Shown here one piece after another: positions 62,741 to 64,000 of a stretch of DNA of 64,000 nt. Source of the stretch: Camelus ferus (Eukaryota). Position numbers and translations under genes: made by a program. Within the stretch, counting starts at the first letter, position 1, and each line of letters begins with the position of its first letter. The notes below the pieces were generated by a model. The model was not told the origin of the DNA. It was given only the letters and a program-made list of their open reading frames with translations, and searched no databases. The stretch spans positions 3,038,001-3,102,000 of the forward strand of contig NC_045713.1 of the NCBI RefSeq assembly GCF_009834535.1, given 5' to 3'.

Positions 62741-64000
62741 GCCTGTCTTATCTACAGGACCATCAAAAAAAGCACAGCCACATACGAAGGGGCTTATCGA
62801 TTGCTTATTTTGCAAGCAAGCACATACCTATTTTTGCAGGATACCTTAGAGATCATTACACTGCTCAGTGCTCTGTCCCATTCTGGGGCTGGTGCTGGCC
62901 TGCACCAGACCTTCTTAGGAATATTAAATCTCAATGGTCCATTCCACAAATTCAAAACTCTAGATATTTCAGTGTAACCCTTGGCTGTGACGTGACCACA
63001 GATTTTGAACTATTGATTTGTCCTTAGGGCCTTGAAATTCCTGTGGATTCCAGATCTGATCCCTAAGTATTCTCAGGAAGTGAGTTTTTTTGTGGTTGGT
63101 TTGTCTGTTTGTTTTCCTCTGCCCAAGGTTACAGGTTATTTTCCCATCATGCAGACTGTGGTGGGAGATCCACCTGAAAGGCAGGTGCACAACGGGAACT
63201 TTTCATCAAGAACCACTTGTTAGTGTCAAAAAGAAACCACAGGAGATCCATGGGCATTATTCAAAGCATATAGGGAAAAACATAGTATTTATCCCTAAAT
63301 GATCTCTGGTTTTGAAGAGTGGGATTTCATAAACACTGTGGGATTCTGAACAACACTTTCTCGCTGCACTCCACCTGTGCATCAGTCTACGAGCTGAGTG
63401 CTGGAGATCTAGACATGCACGAGACCCAATTGTTCCTCAGACATCCCACAGCAGAGAGGAGTGAGAGCAGCAAATACATAATTAAAGTGAATGTGAAATG
63501 TGCTGGCTGAATCATTAACTCAGACTCAGCGAGTAGAGGAAGGCTTCATCAACAGGAGTGAGGCGGGAGCTAGATCTGGACCACGGAAGGTACTTGACTG
63601 TGTTTGTTGACTGAATACGTGAGCATGTGATACCAGACAAAGTAGATTTTTTTTTTTTAATCAACTGGAAAAATGGGGGTGAGCCAGAGGAAATAGCATA
63701 TTCAGTGCAGCAGGAAGGAACATGTCTTTTCTAAACCAGAGCATCCGCATGTCCTTTTGTAATCCTTTTCCTGGATGTTTCTGAATTGCAATTTGTAATC
63801 CTGGAGCTTATGGGCTTCAAGGTAAATACTGCGACAGCTGTGGAGAGAGAATGCCTTTCTCATGGCCCAGGTCCCAGGTTGCAGGGGGCTGCGTGGAAGA
63901 AGAGGGAAGGTAGTTCCTTAGAGGTGAGCCATGCAGTCAGAGCTCGGGGTTCCTTCACCTGTAGACCCATTGCCCGGGCTCTGGGTGGGCCTCACCAGGC

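Overview
Mammalian genomic DNA from a draft assembly with five N gaps. It is most likely a camelid: there are two tRNA-Ala-derived Vic-1-type SINEs and a camelid-type L1 3' end. I recognise no protein-coding exon, rRNA, functional tRNA or CRISPR array; the supplied ORFs look like chance frames or repeat-derived frames. The window is intronic or intergenic and rich in repeats: MaLR/ERVL/ERV1 LTRs, L1, L2, MIR, hAT and Tigger elements, and microsatellites. Highlights: (1) a short chimeric insertion at ~50.8 kb copied exactly from two donor sites 2.1-2.7 kb downstream and joined by 4-nt microhomologies, a template-switching repair scar; (2) a 5'-truncated HNRNPK 3'UTR retrocopy inside an L1; (3) a strong minus-strand bias of LTR and L1 insertions, implying an unseen plus-strand host transcript; (4) a nested LTR stack with a back-to-back LTR pair; (5) an LTR with an expanded CCAAT array. 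Repeat family names come from my recollection of consensus sequences, not a database search, and most repeat boundaries are approximate (±20-50 bp).
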